Positions 1 to 12,500 of a stretch of DNA of 64,000 nt are shown here, one piece after another. The number at the start of each line of letters is the position of its first letter. Within the stretch, counting starts at the first letter, position 1. Source of the stretch: Leptogorgia sarmentosa (lineage: Eukaryota); NCBI GenBank assembly GCA_964658305.1, contig OZ210885.1:23808001-23872000 (forward strand), written 5' to 3'. Under the pieces are notes generated by a model that was not told the DNA's origin, did no database searches, and saw only the letters and a program-made list of their open reading frames with translations. The position numbers were made by a program, and so were the translations under genes.

Positions 1-3000
1 CTAGGTCCCTTTCGTTATCGTCCGCCGTACGTTTTAGTGCAAAATTTGCATATGCAGGGGATGAAACCGCACCAAACAGATGCACTGTCATTCTAAATTC
101 CTCAGGCTCATTTGCAAGATCGCCGTCTTTCCACCACAGGAACTTTCACCTGGCAAAACGTGGCCTCGATATCGCACATCACCGCGACTGGCTCCTTCCT
201 AAACCTCCCGAGGACACCAACCAGGTTATTCGTCAGGTCGGGACCTTGTAATAACTGTTGATTAAGCGACTGGCCTCCAAACTCCGCAGAACAATCAAAA
301 ACTACTCGAATTTTCCCCGGCTTCTTTGGGTGATAAACCCCGTGATGGGGAATAAACCATACCCTTTTTCCACTTTTCGCTTCTACTGGGGTAGCCTGTT
401 CCGCGTATCCTTTCGCAATCATGTCGTTCATAAATTTAACATAGTCCTGTTCGTATTGTTTATCCCTTAGAAACCTTTTCTTCAGCTGGATCAAACGCCG
501 TAAAGCTAACTCACGATTGTTTGGTAAGTCGGGATCTTGTTGTTTCAAGGGAAGCGGCATTTTGTAGCGCCCATCGTCGCACCGACTGATACCCTCTTCC
601 GCAATTTCATAAATCTTCGATCTTCTTGTGAAAGTCCCCGTGCTTCGACATTCCGTTCTGAAAAATCCGCTTCAAACATTTTCTTTACCGCAGCAGGGTT
701 TATTATTTCTTTGCACCTACTTTCAACAACGAAGGCGTGACTTGCGTTCTTTGATCCAGAAATTTCTCGGGTAACGATCCTACTACACATTGCCAGATCT
801 TCGCGGCTCTCTTGTTTCTCATCACCATGTACTGGACCAATTATTCCCCAACCCAGAAGTGTCCTAATGGCGTACGGGTCATCTCCCTTACCTAAAATCA
901 CTTCTCGAGGTTTAAGAGCTCTCGGACAATTGCATCCTATCAAAATTCCCACGTCAACGTCGGGTTGATAAGGATAAATTTTGGTGTTTATTCTTTTGAG
1001 GTGGGGCCATCTTTCCGAAGTTTCTGGCGTGGGGATCTGGTTTCGTCTAAAGGGAATCCTTTCCTTCGAATATGCCTTTGGGAGTGGTATCTCCACCCTT
1101 TTATCCATGCGTCTTACGACAAGGCCATCAACTCTTTGTGTTGGGATTTCTTCTTTCCCAAGCATTGTGGACAGATTGAGCTTCACATTAACTCCTGTAA
1201 CTCCCAAGTCTTCAAGGACTTTCTCAGAAACAAAGGTAGTGTCACTGGCGTCGTCGAGGAGCGCGTACACCATAATTTCGTGGTTTGTATCGTTTTTGTG
1301 GTGCAACAGCACCTCTTGCTTCACGAATACGACTAAGTCATGGAATTGAACTAGTGCTTCTTTCCTTTTCCTAAGCTCAAAGGCGAGACGACACCACTTT
1401 ACGCAAGCATAAGATGGTAGCTTCGCGCTGACGTGTTTTAGGGTTTCCGTTGAGTTTAAATCATCCATAAATTTCATTGTTTTCATAGCTTCCTCGCACC
1501 GTGACATAAAGTCAGACAACTCTCGCAATCCCTTGCCGTCACCTTCACTGACTGGTGGCCATGATTTCAATTTTGCTTTATAGGATTGAGAGACAAGATA
1601 CGGATCCCCAAAGCATTGTGACAACAGCTTCTTTGCATCCTTATAGCCATTCTCAGAATTCGACGATACCCACGCTTTAATGATTTCGTTTGCCTTTCCA
1701 GTGGTGTACTTGTTTAGAAAGTACAGCCTCTCTGTGTCATCCAATACTCTCTTTTCAATTATGATTTCAAAGGCTCGCATGAAGGAGGGGAAATCAAAGA
1801 AGTTCCCATTGAAAATAGGGGGCTCTTGTACCGGCAATGATTGCCTTCGTTGTTGCTCTGCGATCATAACACTCAGTTCGGTCTGCTTGTTTTAAAGTTT
1901 AATCATTTCTTGTAAGGCAGTGTCATTAGCAGCTAATGGGAAGCTTATTGTAGATTGATTTATGACGTTATTATCCGTGCCGTTTCTGGGGTTTGAATCA
2001 CAGTGTTCTGTGCTTTCATCGTGCTGAGGTGTAACATTCATGGTAAAGGGAGGGATAATTGGTTTTAATTCACCCCTTTTATCGTGCTTTACCTCTGTGC
2101 TTGTAGTTGGCATTCGTTCAATGTTCATATTAGCTGAAGACTCCTCAGGAACAGCGCTAGCACTTTCCATGGTCTTATCAGGATTAGTATGAGAAGGTAG
2201 AATACCCTCTTCTTCTTCGATCTTTAACATGGCTTGTTCCTCAGCATTCGCCATTTCTATTTGTTTCTTTATCTGAAGTCGTTCAAGTTCAACCTCCTGA
2301 TCGAGGAACTTCATTTCTACTTTAAGCTTGGCTGCAGTCGCTGCTGCCTTGACACGTCTCGAATGGGCTGAAGAACTTGATGACATTGACCGCACACTTG
2401 ATCTAATACTACTCGGTTTGTTATATAATTCCCTCTCCAACTCATGAATCCGTTCACATACCTTAAGTCTACATTGATCGTACTCTCTATTTCTTGTCTC
2501 GAACCATTGGTAAGAATGGTCTCTATCTTCTGTTGATATTAACAGATCATTGTATCTACCATGCACCTCGACAAAACTCTCCATTCTATGATCCAATTCA
2601 TCCCTAGCATGTCCAAGGTCTTCCATATTAGCACCGTCCTTAAGCAAGTCCTTTATTTTCTGAATATAAAGCAATAACTTCCCGTGCGCTGCTGAGCTGT
2701 TGCGTTTCAAAAGCTCAATTTTGTAATCCATACCCCTTTCAGTTGGTTTCCTTTGCCGTTTTGGACATACTTGATCCTTATCGATTGGTAACGCATATAA
2801 CTGTTCGTTATCTCGGATGTCCACGGTCGGACCTGATCTTGAACCGCTCTTATTTTCCGCCATTTAAACGTTCTCGCGGCCGTTCCTGTATATTGATACT
2901 ACATGAAGTATTACCATCTACCACTAATTCCGTATAATACTTTTACCAATGAACACGAAACCACATTTTTAAACAGCGTTAGACTCTAAAGTTTCCACTA

Positions 3001-3250
3001 TTCGGTGTAAGTCATCAAAGCGAAACCACGATGGAGATATTTTACTGTAACAGCTCTGGCTGATTAGTCTCAATACCCGCAAGACCACGCGACAAAACCG
3101 AGGTTTGAAGCAAGTCAAGCCATATATTAGACAATTTACGTAAACTACAAAATACAGAAAATTCACTTACAATAACACCTACAACTAGAAAACAATAACA
3201 AATAACAACTTACATATCTGACCCGCTAAGTGGTCCCCTTGAAGCTTACA
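1..3250 (-). mobile_element. BEL/Pao LTR retrotransposon, 5' half (runs off window start)
   Basis: Minus-strand gag-like ORF 1892-2863; ORF 545-1867 with gag core and protease (YALLDDASDTTF); RT start in 108-560 (WFIPHHGVYHPKKPGKIRVVFDCS, LLQGPDL, DIEATF). Stops and frameshifts lie between the ORFs. Confidence 0.95.
3046..3250 (-). repeat. 5' LTR of the BEL/Pao element (205 bp)
   Basis: Bounded by TGTAA...TTACA inverted ends; the internal region starts GTAAAA immediately after it on the minus strand. The partner LTR is outside the window. Confidence 0.75.
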
Positions 3251-3369
3251 ATCCTTATCCTTATCTTTAAATATTTATAATAATAATGTTCGCGAGCAGT
3301 CAACCATGCGTTCGCTCTTTCACCGTCCTAATATCCTTCATTCTGCATAAATTAATGAAATTATGTTAA

Positions 3370-6300
3370 TGCATGCAGCTACAGTCATCATTGTCATGGC
3401 ATTCTTCTGTTGCTTAATTGATCTCACCCACTGCATCCGTTTATCTCATCACCTCATCAGGCTCAATCGCGAGACAAAACAGGACTTAAATGTGTGGCTA
3501 TCGTTTTTTAGCAAATTACAATGGCCGGTCATTTTTTCTCAAGGAACGCTGGGCAGGTGGAATTGGTTTTGGCGCAATTTTTGGCACAGAATATTACCAT
3601 GGCCTGACGAATGGCATTATCGTAACATTGCAATCTTAGAGTTTTATCTGATTGTACTCGGTGTCTGCTTATGGGGTAATAAGATGGTGAACCACAGTGT
3701 TCTATTTTCACTGATAACAAAGCTTTGGTTTATGTCATCAATAAACAGTCATGCAAGGAAGGATTCTGATCTGGAAACTTGTTCTTGTATGCCTACAAAA
3801 TAACATTCTGTTCAAAGCAAAGCGTATCCCTGGGATGTATAATCGTTTGGCTGACCTGTTGTCTTGCTTTCAGGTTCAAACTTTTCAACGCAAAACATCA
3901 GCCTCGAGGAATTCTTGCGCGACAGACATCCCCCAAGCTCTGCTGCCACAAAATTGGGAAATATCGTTTCCCTCTGCAGCGCTCTTCGATTCTTACCTAT
4001 CAACGTGCTTGTAAACTTTTTGACCAGTTCTATTTACAGATATCCAATACTATTTCCTACACATTGCTTATTTCACCTCATACTTTGGCACTTTTCATTG
4101 CGTACATGTTTGTACGCAACTGTCAACACATATGTCTCCGCTCTCCGGTACTCACATAAACTTTTCAATTTGACTGATCCAACAAAAGTCTTTCATTATG
4201 CAAATGCTAAAGCTCTATGGAAAACTGGGCTTTTGCTTAGATAGTCGGTTACCAATAATCCTTCCAATCCTTACCCGCACCCGATTACTTATGGCTGCTT
4301 CACAGTGTATTACAGACATGTTAAAGTCTGTGTTATCTAGGGATATCATAAACAGTCTCGATAGCATTTTTGCAAGACATGGGATTCCAGAGTCCATGAA
4401 GACAGATAATGGACCACAGTTTATTTCAAGAGAATTTAAGAATTACTTGGTGACCAACGGTGTCAGGCATGTTACTTCCACTCCATTATGGCTGCAAGGA
4501 AACGGCGAGGTGGAAAGACAGAATCGTTCTTGCTGAAGTCCATGAGAATTGCTTACGCAGCAGGAAGAGACTGGAGACAAGAATTATGTAAGTTCTTGAT
4601 GGCGTATCGTAGTACTCCACATACAACAACTGGTGTCAGCCCAGCGAAATTGTTATTTGGTAGAGAAATTTGTACCAAAGTTCCCTGCTTGAAACTTCGA
4701 AAGTTCCGAACTTCGAAAGAAGTTCAACAACGGGATGGAGTTGCTGAAAAGGATAAGTTGATGAAAGATAAAGGAAAAATTTACAGTGATTATATAAGAC
4801 ATGCGACGGACAGTCAAGTTGAGATTGGGGATGCCGTTCTATTAAAGAATACGAAGCAAAAGAATAAGTTATCTGCTACATTTGAAGATGAATTATACAA
4901 AGTAAAAGAAAAGAATGGAAGTGAAGTTACGGTTGAATCGTCTGATGGGGTAAAGTATAAGAGAAATTCAGCTCACGTTAAAAGGTATGAAAGTGAACAG
5001 AATGTAAGTCTGCCCAGAGAGGATGATATTGAGACTTCTGATGATAATCAAGCATTGAGTAGGAATGAACCTGAACAGCTTGTCGAAAGACCTAGAAGAG
5101 AGCGTCGGGTTCCTAAGCACTTTGATGAGTATTTATTATATAAATAGTTAGACATAAGTAATTAGGTAAAGTAGGTTTGGTTAATCTTGAAAAAAAAAAC
5201 GTCGGAAAAAAATAGAACTTTAAAATTAGTAACATTGAGATACTGTTAATGACAATTACTGTAGAATTGTGGTTAACTCTTCAAGATCGAGGAGGAAAGG
5301 GATGTAGTGTATTTGCATATTAGAATACATAATTAATCTAGATAGTATAAATATGTAGCATAGTTAATTAAAGTGGTCTTACTGTTTGTCTGTCGTCTGC
5401 TTGTGGAATACTGAAAAGCTTAGTTAAAAGTATAAATCGAATCCAGTGCAATCTGCAATTTATTTGGTGTTAGAACACTACAATGTGTGCTCTGGCATTC
5501 TTCGCCTTTCTACGTATTGGTGAACTCACTTAAACATCAAAGCAGTCTCCTACTCCACTAAATTTAAACCAACTCACCAAACTCTTAAGAGACGGTGAAG
5601 TAATTAGTTTTAAAATAACCTTCACCAATTATAAACACAATTACAACCAACGCCCGTCCAATCTTCATCACTCCTGTGGGGGCGACGGTGCAGAGAAACA
5701 TGTTTATTTCCTACCTCAATCAATGCTTAAAATTTTGCAACCTCAATCTTACGGTTTATAAATCTCACAGTTTCTGAATTGGCGCAGCATCATTCGCAGC
5801 TGAACAGGGCTTCTCTGATGAGCAGATTCGTGTCTTGGGTTGTTGGAAGTCCAATGCATTTCACATATACATTCGAGTTTCAACCCTTACAGCATCATAA
5901 ATTATAGCTATTTAACCCTCCCCCAGATAACAATGCGGGGTGTTGTCTGGTGGAGGCTTTAACAGTGGCAGGGCGATGTTGCATACAGCGGCTGACAAAA
6001 CCTCTCTGCCACATTTTTCTTAGGTTTACCAAATTATTTGCTGGTTGCACTTGCAACTCGCTTTGTGCTATACGGTTCAGGCTTGTTTCAGCAGTTCGCA
6101 AGGGCAGCTGCCATTTTTCTTTTTGTAATAATTGTTTAACAATGACAAGACAAGTTAGCAGGGGCTACTGCTATGACGTTGTAAAACATGTTCCAGACAG
6201 CTTGCAAGGGCGGCTGATCAACGACTTTGCTAGGTATACAGTACATTTATACCAGTTTCCATATATCGAGTATGCTAGTTTTGGAGCACTCTGCAAGGGC

Positions 6301-6390
6301 GACTGTCTTCAATTTTAATAACTTTTGAGGTTTATATGTCGTGACGTTTTTATTTCCATGATTGACCGGTTTATGTCATAAAATAGATGA
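3370..6390 (+). mobile_element. DIRS/Ngaro-type tyrosine-recombinase retroelement remnant, interrupted by a Gypsy fragment
   Basis: RNase H-like pieces (RLNRETKQDLNVWLSFF, WPDEW..NIAILEFY, IPGMYNRLADLLS). YR N-part (TVNTYVSALRYSHKL, DSRLPI) runs to ~4310 and resumes at 5483 (MCALAFFAFLRIGELT), with C-terminal motifs SFAAEQGFSDEQIRVLGCWKSNAF..YIR at ~5790-5880. Outer boundaries are approximate. Confidence 0.85.
4310..5482 (+). mobile_element. Ty3/Gypsy 3' fragment (integrase, PPT, 3' LTR)
   Basis: Integrase motifs FARHGIPESMKTDNGPQF, GNGEVERQNR, YRSTPHTTTGVSPAKLLFGR; PPT GAGGAGGAAAGGGA at 5289-5302; LTR 5303-5482 with perfect 8-bp inverted ends TGTAGTGT/ACACTACA. Confidence 0.92.
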
Positions 6391-6397
6391 CTATATA

Positions 6398-6981
6398 CAG
6401 GGTGTCTCAAAGAAAAGGTAATCGAAATTTGGCATGCCATTGTGTGTTAATTACTGGGTGTACGAACGTGATTTTTGCATAGTCATAAAGATCAAGGTCT
6501 TAGCAGTTGAATGACATATTTCTTGTACGATATGGAAGAAAATCAGGCAAATGCGAGCGTGTTGGAAAATCTCAGTGAAAAACGCATTCTTTCACCTCTG
6601 TGCCAAATTGAAGCAGTGCATAACAAAAGAAAAATGCAATTCATCACGAATGTGTCATGGTAACAAAGATTTTATCAGGATTATTAATATTTATGCATAA
6701 TCAGGTCGATTGTTGAAGGAAGGTCGTCATCTTCGAGTCCCAGAGGGAGTAAATTTTGAATAAGTTTAGCTGCAATTCTCAGAGGTGAAAGAATGCGTTT
6801 TTCACCGAGATTTTTCAACACGCTCGCATTTGCCCGATTTTCTTCCATATCGTACAAGAAATATGTCATTCAGCTGCTAAGATCTTGATCTTTATGACCA
6901 TGCAAAAATCATGTTCGTACACCCAGTAATTAACGCACAATGGCATGCCAAAGTTGGATTACCTTTTTTTTAGGCACCCTG
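6398..6981. mobile_element. Tc1/mariner-type MITE with ~200-bp TIRs
   Basis: TA|CAGGGTG...CACCCTG|TA; 6398-6600 is the near-perfect reverse complement of ~6780-6981; no coding capacity. Confidence 0.92.
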
Positions 6982-7041
6982 TATGTGCGTCTGTGTGCGT
7001 GTGCAAATATGCGAAAAACAATGCAACATAGTTAAAAGGTT

Positions 7042-7550
7042 TCAAAACAAGTCAGAAAACAGTTTTACCCAAGGGAGCTTTTTGATACCACACGGGATTC
7101 TCTGGCTTTCCTTTGTGATTGATAGCGAGGAAAAATAGTGCTTCGTCATATTTGTTTTTTTCAGGGTGTTTTCTGGACGCTTTGATAAAATGAAATCTTC
7201 AATGTCGCTCGTAATTTCTTCACGATTTGTATTGTCAATATGACTTGTTGAAGCCGAAATTGGTTTATTTTCTATGACGTTCACCTCGTGTAGATAATAG
7301 AATTCACTCCAACTATGAGAGCTGTCGTGAGAGTGCATTTCGCTGGCTTATTGAAATTTACATGGCTTTTTAATTAACTTTAGAAATTTAAAGGGTGTCT
7401 TTGTAAACAAACTAAGTCGCTAAAAAATGACACTTTTGGAGCACGGTCAAGATATCGTAAAAAGCCACCCGCTGCTGCAGCCAATCAGATTGCAAGAAAT
7501 CAAAAAATATCACTAGGCATGCACAAATAAGAAAATAAAATATGTTATTT
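7042..7550 (-). mobile_element. Possible Crypton-like (DUF3504-type YR) 5' fragment
   Basis: Peptide EEITSDIEDFILSKRPENTLKKT resembles the N-terminus of Crypton/DUF3504 recombinase-like proteins; no catalytic region is visible. Confidence 0.45.
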
Positions 7551-7659
7551 CATTAAATATTTTCAATAAAGCAGCTATATTCATAGCCAAAATGTTCCCC
7601 ATATAACTGTTGTCTAAACCTTGTGCCTGCATTCCAGTAAACCAAAAGGGAAGAAAGAA

Positions 7660-8260
7660 AGGGAAGGTGGAGACATAAATAACAGATTATTAAATTTTCT
7701 TGATCAAAATGATATACCTTTTGAGAAACAATTTGGTTTTCGCTCAGGTCACTCCACTGACCATGCCATCCTTTGCATAATTGATAAAATTCAGAAAGCA
7801 ATATAGGACCGTAGTACCTCTTGTGGAATATTTTTAGATTTTAGCAAAGCTTTCGGTATGGTTAATCATAAAATACTTATTAACAAATTAGAACAAATTT
7901 ATTTAATTGGAACATTACGGTATTCGTGGTGAAGCTAAAGATTGGTTCACTTCATATCTTAGTGATCGAACACAATTTGTCCCTCTGAATACTGTTACAT
8001 CAGATCAACGTAATATTTGATGCGGAGTTCCACGGGGATCTGTTCTTGTCCCCGTATTGTTCTTATTGTATATAAATTACTTTCACTTTGCTCTAATTTT
8101 TTTGAATTTCACTTATTTGCAAATGATCCTAATTTGTTTTGCGAAAATAAGAATAGTTCAATACTGTTGGCTAATGCTAATTCATACTTGGCTGTGTGCT
8201 AACAAGCTATCCCTTAATGCATGAAACGTATATTATATTCCATCTACAACAAAGGAAAAT
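7660..8260 (+). pseudogene. Decayed LINE (CR1/L2 group) reverse transcriptase fragment
   Basis: KQFGFRSGHSTDHA, GIFLDFSKAF, GIRG..WFTSYLSDRTQFV, CGVP.GSVL, LFAND; multiple frameshifts and stops. Confidence 0.88.
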
Positions 8261-8575
8261 TGGGGTTGGTACAAAACCTGGACCCCCACATTTGGACCCC
8301 CATATGGATTGCATTATAATAATTCATTACAAATCAAGCACATTCAGGTTTAGCATATTTGACCAGGGGAGTCTTATTTTTTCACCTATGATCATGCATC
8401 AATTAAAGCTTTTTAGAAGCAAAAAACCACTTTAGTATCTTTGGACACTCTCCTCTCTTAAATTTTCCAGGCATAAATTCTAATTTTATTCTTAACCATG
8501 GCCAGAAATTGTGGACATTCGAGCCTGCGTAACATTCTGCGGTTAACTAGCAGAGTCACAGTTATGCAATAAAAA

Positions 8576-9473
8576 ATCGCGTCGGCTAGTGGAGTTCGGA
8601 AAAGAAACTTAGTGAACTACAGACAACTGCATTTGTTGTCTTCAGTAGTGCTTTATGACAATGCTCCTAAAATCAAGAAAAGGGATAGGATTTTTTGAAG
8701 TGGATAGGATATTAGCCAAACAAAAGATAAGATTTGTTAGTATATAGAGTCAGTTTGTCAGTTGCACATTTGAGATATTTTAAAATATCATATGTTTGAG
8801 GTCAATAACCTTTTTTTATTTTATTTTGAATAGGACCATGAGTATTTAATCAAGTGGAAAGACTGGCCACTTGATGCTTGCACTTGGGAAGTATCAAGTA
8901 ACCTTACTTCAGATTTAATAAGGCAAGTTTATTGATTATAAATATATAATTTGTTCTTCAATATAACACGACTTTTAAATTTGTTAATTATAAAACGGCA
9001 ATATTTATAAAGCGCATATCTTGGTGCACTTGTATTCTACAAAGAGTGATTTTTCATTTTCATATTTACAATTTTATAACTAAATCAAATTTCTTCCAAC
9101 TCGCCGAAATTATGAGAAGCCAAAAAATATCAGTAATACAAGGCTGGAACAGGCTTGTCGGCAGTTTGCATGTGGTGTGCTAAGTGCATTAGAGAGCCCT
9201 TCGATACAAGAAAGGGAAGGCATCCAAACATCAAGGACATACTTTGCTTGCAAAAGACGATTTTTCAAGGCTTAACTATTTGTCTTCGCACTGGTGGTAC
9301 TATATGAGTGACAATGGGGAGGGGATGGCTGTTGATTTTCCTCTAAAAATGAAGCCACTGTTGTCATGGTCTCCTGCTCACAGCTATGTAAATAAAGGAA
9401 CTGATTCCCACTGGAAAAAAATTGTGTAACACTTGTCAAAAAACCATGTAATGTGGATAACTTATACATGTGA
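8576..9473 (+). pseudogene. Spliced chromodomain-protein gene, decayed
   Basis: Exon 1 ~8576-8735 (..RKRNLVNYRQLH..IFEVDRILAKQK; 1-nt slip in a T run; start ATC in AAAATCGCG context); GT..AG intron; exon 2 8834-8922 (DHEYLIKWKDWPLDACTWEVSSNLTSDLIR); GC donor; exon 3 ~9107-9473 (NYEKPKNISNTRLEQ..WWYYMSDNGEGMAVDFPLKMKPLLSWSP) with a degenerate acceptor and frameshifts. Confidence 0.82.
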
Positions 9474-9560
9474 ATACCATAGTAAAACAGATGTTGATAA
9501 CATGACCTAGCAGTTTTTGTTAGGTTAACCTTGGCTGGTTAGTTTTTGGTATTAAGCTAA

Positions 9561-12500
9561 CTAACGAGTTTGGAATTGCTCATCTTGTAGTTTCTTCAGT
9601 GATCTAAGGCGGGTGGAAATTCCCTTCCCCTTTAGCATGACCTTTATTTCTTCGGCTGTCATGCTTTCCACTGTATTCTCACCAAGCTCCAAGATTTCCT
9701 CAGGACATTCTGTGCATATTCATACTCACTTTGAAATGCTTAAAGATCTTATTGTGGAACTAGAAAAGGTATTTGATGATTTTTGTGTTACAACCGAAGA
9801 ATACGAGTTATTAGTGTCCGATGAGAAGTTTGTTGAACACCGGGTGGTAAATGGAGATGACCTAAAAATGTATAAAATGAACGTTACACAAACATACCAA
9901 GAAGCAAGAGAAGTTTATACTCGAGTAAAGTGGGACAAAGATAAATAGAACAAAATATGACAATGGCCCCTCTAACAACAGCCATAAAGAGAGACATGAG
10001 CAGACTGAGAAATATTATCTTAGCTGTGGAGACCAATTTATCTACAGAGAACCCCAATCCTGACAGCTTGCATATGGATAAGGGGGACATGGAAAGGTTA
10101 TTAGATGAAATCTGTGATAAAGTAGCTGAACTTAGTGCAATGCAGCAAGATACTCAGTTGCAAGAAGATGTAGAGGCAATCATAGATACAGCTTACAAAA
10201 CGTTAAGAAATATAAATTTGAGTTTGAGGAAGAACCAAAATACAGAAACGACTGCCGTGTTAAATGATAGAGGGTCCCCCACGAATGCTGAAAGCCATTC
10301 CAGTAATACCTGTACATTGACAACCTTTGAAACCAGTCATACTCAAGCCCAAGCAAGCAGCTCAACCTCAGCTCCAGTTGAACCCATGTAGCCCAAATTT
10401 CCAACCGATGAGAGTTCCAGCTGTAAGTCTACCGGTCCCTACTGTTTATTCCACCATGGGCTTCACATCGCAACAATACCATCCGGCTAGTTCCATGCCT
10501 TTGGTTAGTTCAGTGCATTTGCCGAATAGTCAGCCATCAACATTGCCCTCCATTGCACCCCACTTTCTTGGCATTGCAACTCACACTACCACCAGCCCTG
10601 ATTTATTGAACCCAGCATACATTCTGCCAACGAATCCAAGATCAGAATTGAATACATTCCTACAAGCTAGTGGACCCTTAACCCAATCCTGGTATTACAA
10701 TGCAACACCACTTACACCATCAAATAGTATTGGTTATACCCAACCAGTTCGATCAGTTCAACCCCCTGTCCTCCACCCACCTTGTCCAGACACAACACAA
10801 GTTGGCACAAATGCAAATGTTAATTTGAAGAAAACTTCCTTGGCAGTATTTAGTGGCCACAGAAGAGATTGGCCAGAGTTCAAGGCTGTGTGGAAGCAGC
10901 TAGCTGAGTCTGTATACACCAACAAGACAGCTCTAGCGCACGAATTAAAGAGGTCCGTGAAGGGAGAAGCCAGTCAACAAATTCGCTCCGTATACATAAC
11001 TAGACCAGAAGCCTATAATGAGATGTGGAGAAAGCTGGAGGCCCACTATGATGATGCAAGTGCCAGCGTCCAAGCAGCTTTGTCTGGTTTTCAGCAGTTG
11101 AAACCTGTGGAGAGCGAGGACTATAGATCATTAGTGGGATTGGTTGACGAAGTAGAAGCGGCCTTCTGTCAGCTGCAGGAGCTTGACCATTTGAACATTC
11201 TCACCATGAGAGATGTTGACCAAATTAGCAAGTTCTTACCAACCCATGTAAGAGTTGAATGGATTAGGAAGTATCAAGACATGCCTTCTTCTGAGAGAGT
11301 CAAGCCCTTCCCATATTTCATGAAGTTCTTGGAACGGGAGCGAGAGGCTGTAGCCAGACTGGCAGAAAGTCAACCACTGAAGAAAAATTTTTCTAAGCAG
11401 CACTATCAAGCCAGTGCTACTGGTCATTCGGCAAAGTTTTATCAGTGTGCCTATCTGGCACACAGGAAGGACAACATCAATCACACAACAAGTGAGTGTA
11501 AAGAATTTCAGAAACTCCCAGTGTCTGGCAAACAGGGAAAATATGAGGTCCTGAAACAGATAAACGCATGCTTCAAATGTTTTGGCAACCACAAAAGACA
11601 AGAATGCCCAAAGAAAGACCCCTGTCCAGCCTGTGGAAGTCAGTTGCATCATGTTCTACTGTGTAAGGAGAAGAATCGTTGGGAAAAAGCTGAATTCGTA
11701 CCCGCGTCTGAACAGCCGAAACCCCATGATGACAGCCGTGAAGAAGCAAACAGCCATATGGTCCAAAGTGATGCCATGGCCCTGTACCCCATTTACCAGG
11801 CAATTGTAGTGGAGAGTGGTAGAGCAGTAAGCATTTTCTGTGATGGTGGATCAAACTCAAGCTATATCACCCATTGTGCGGCCAACAGTATCAAAGCGAA
11901 AACGATAAGAGAGTTAACACTTGACGTGACCAATGGGCAATGTAGAGAAATCTTACAGCACACGCGAGTACCAGTTTACGATTCGAACATGTACCGGCAA
12001 GAAAGTTACTGTCAATGCCTTCGGAATGGAAAGAATAACTGGCCCCATTAGCAAACTCAACCTTGATGTGTTAGTCCAGTTGTTCCCGGATTATGACCCG
12101 GAGTCCTTGCAAAGAAAATCTACCAACATCGACGTGTTACTGGGATGCGATCATTTTGGGCTTCACCCCAAGCAGGAGGAGGCACGGTGCGGTGAGAATC
12201 TCAGCATTATGAACGGAGAGCTGGGGATTTGTCTGCAAGGATCCCACCCAGACCTTAAAGAAGAAACACGCTATGACACAAATTTGGCGAAGACAATCCA
12301 TGATGTTCGACGCAAAGCACAAACTTACTTTGCCCGTGTCGGAGACCATCCAGAGTTCACCCGTCAAGCCATGTTGGCGGACAGTTCGTACCAAGGCGAC
12401 GACGCGTTCCCTTGCTTGTTACATGCTGCCAGGTCCAAAATTGGCAGAGAAAAGGACAGTCAAGTAGAGAATTTTATCCGGGGAGAAGAGCTTGTCACAG

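Noticed and set aside
965..1349. Long antisense ORFs over retroelements (also 11236-11652, 31714-32373, 38001-38456 and others)
   Set aside because: Shadow frames opposite TE coding sequence, with no recognisable motifs.
8557..8578. RSS-like signal (CACAGTT..AAAAA) near the RAG1-like element
   Set aside because: Heptamer mismatch, wrong spacing to any nonamer, no partner copy, and it directly abuts the chromodomain start.
8576..9473. RAG2-like gene as the partner
   Set aside because: No kelch-repeat or PHD Cys/His pattern is visible; the motifs are those of a chromodomain.
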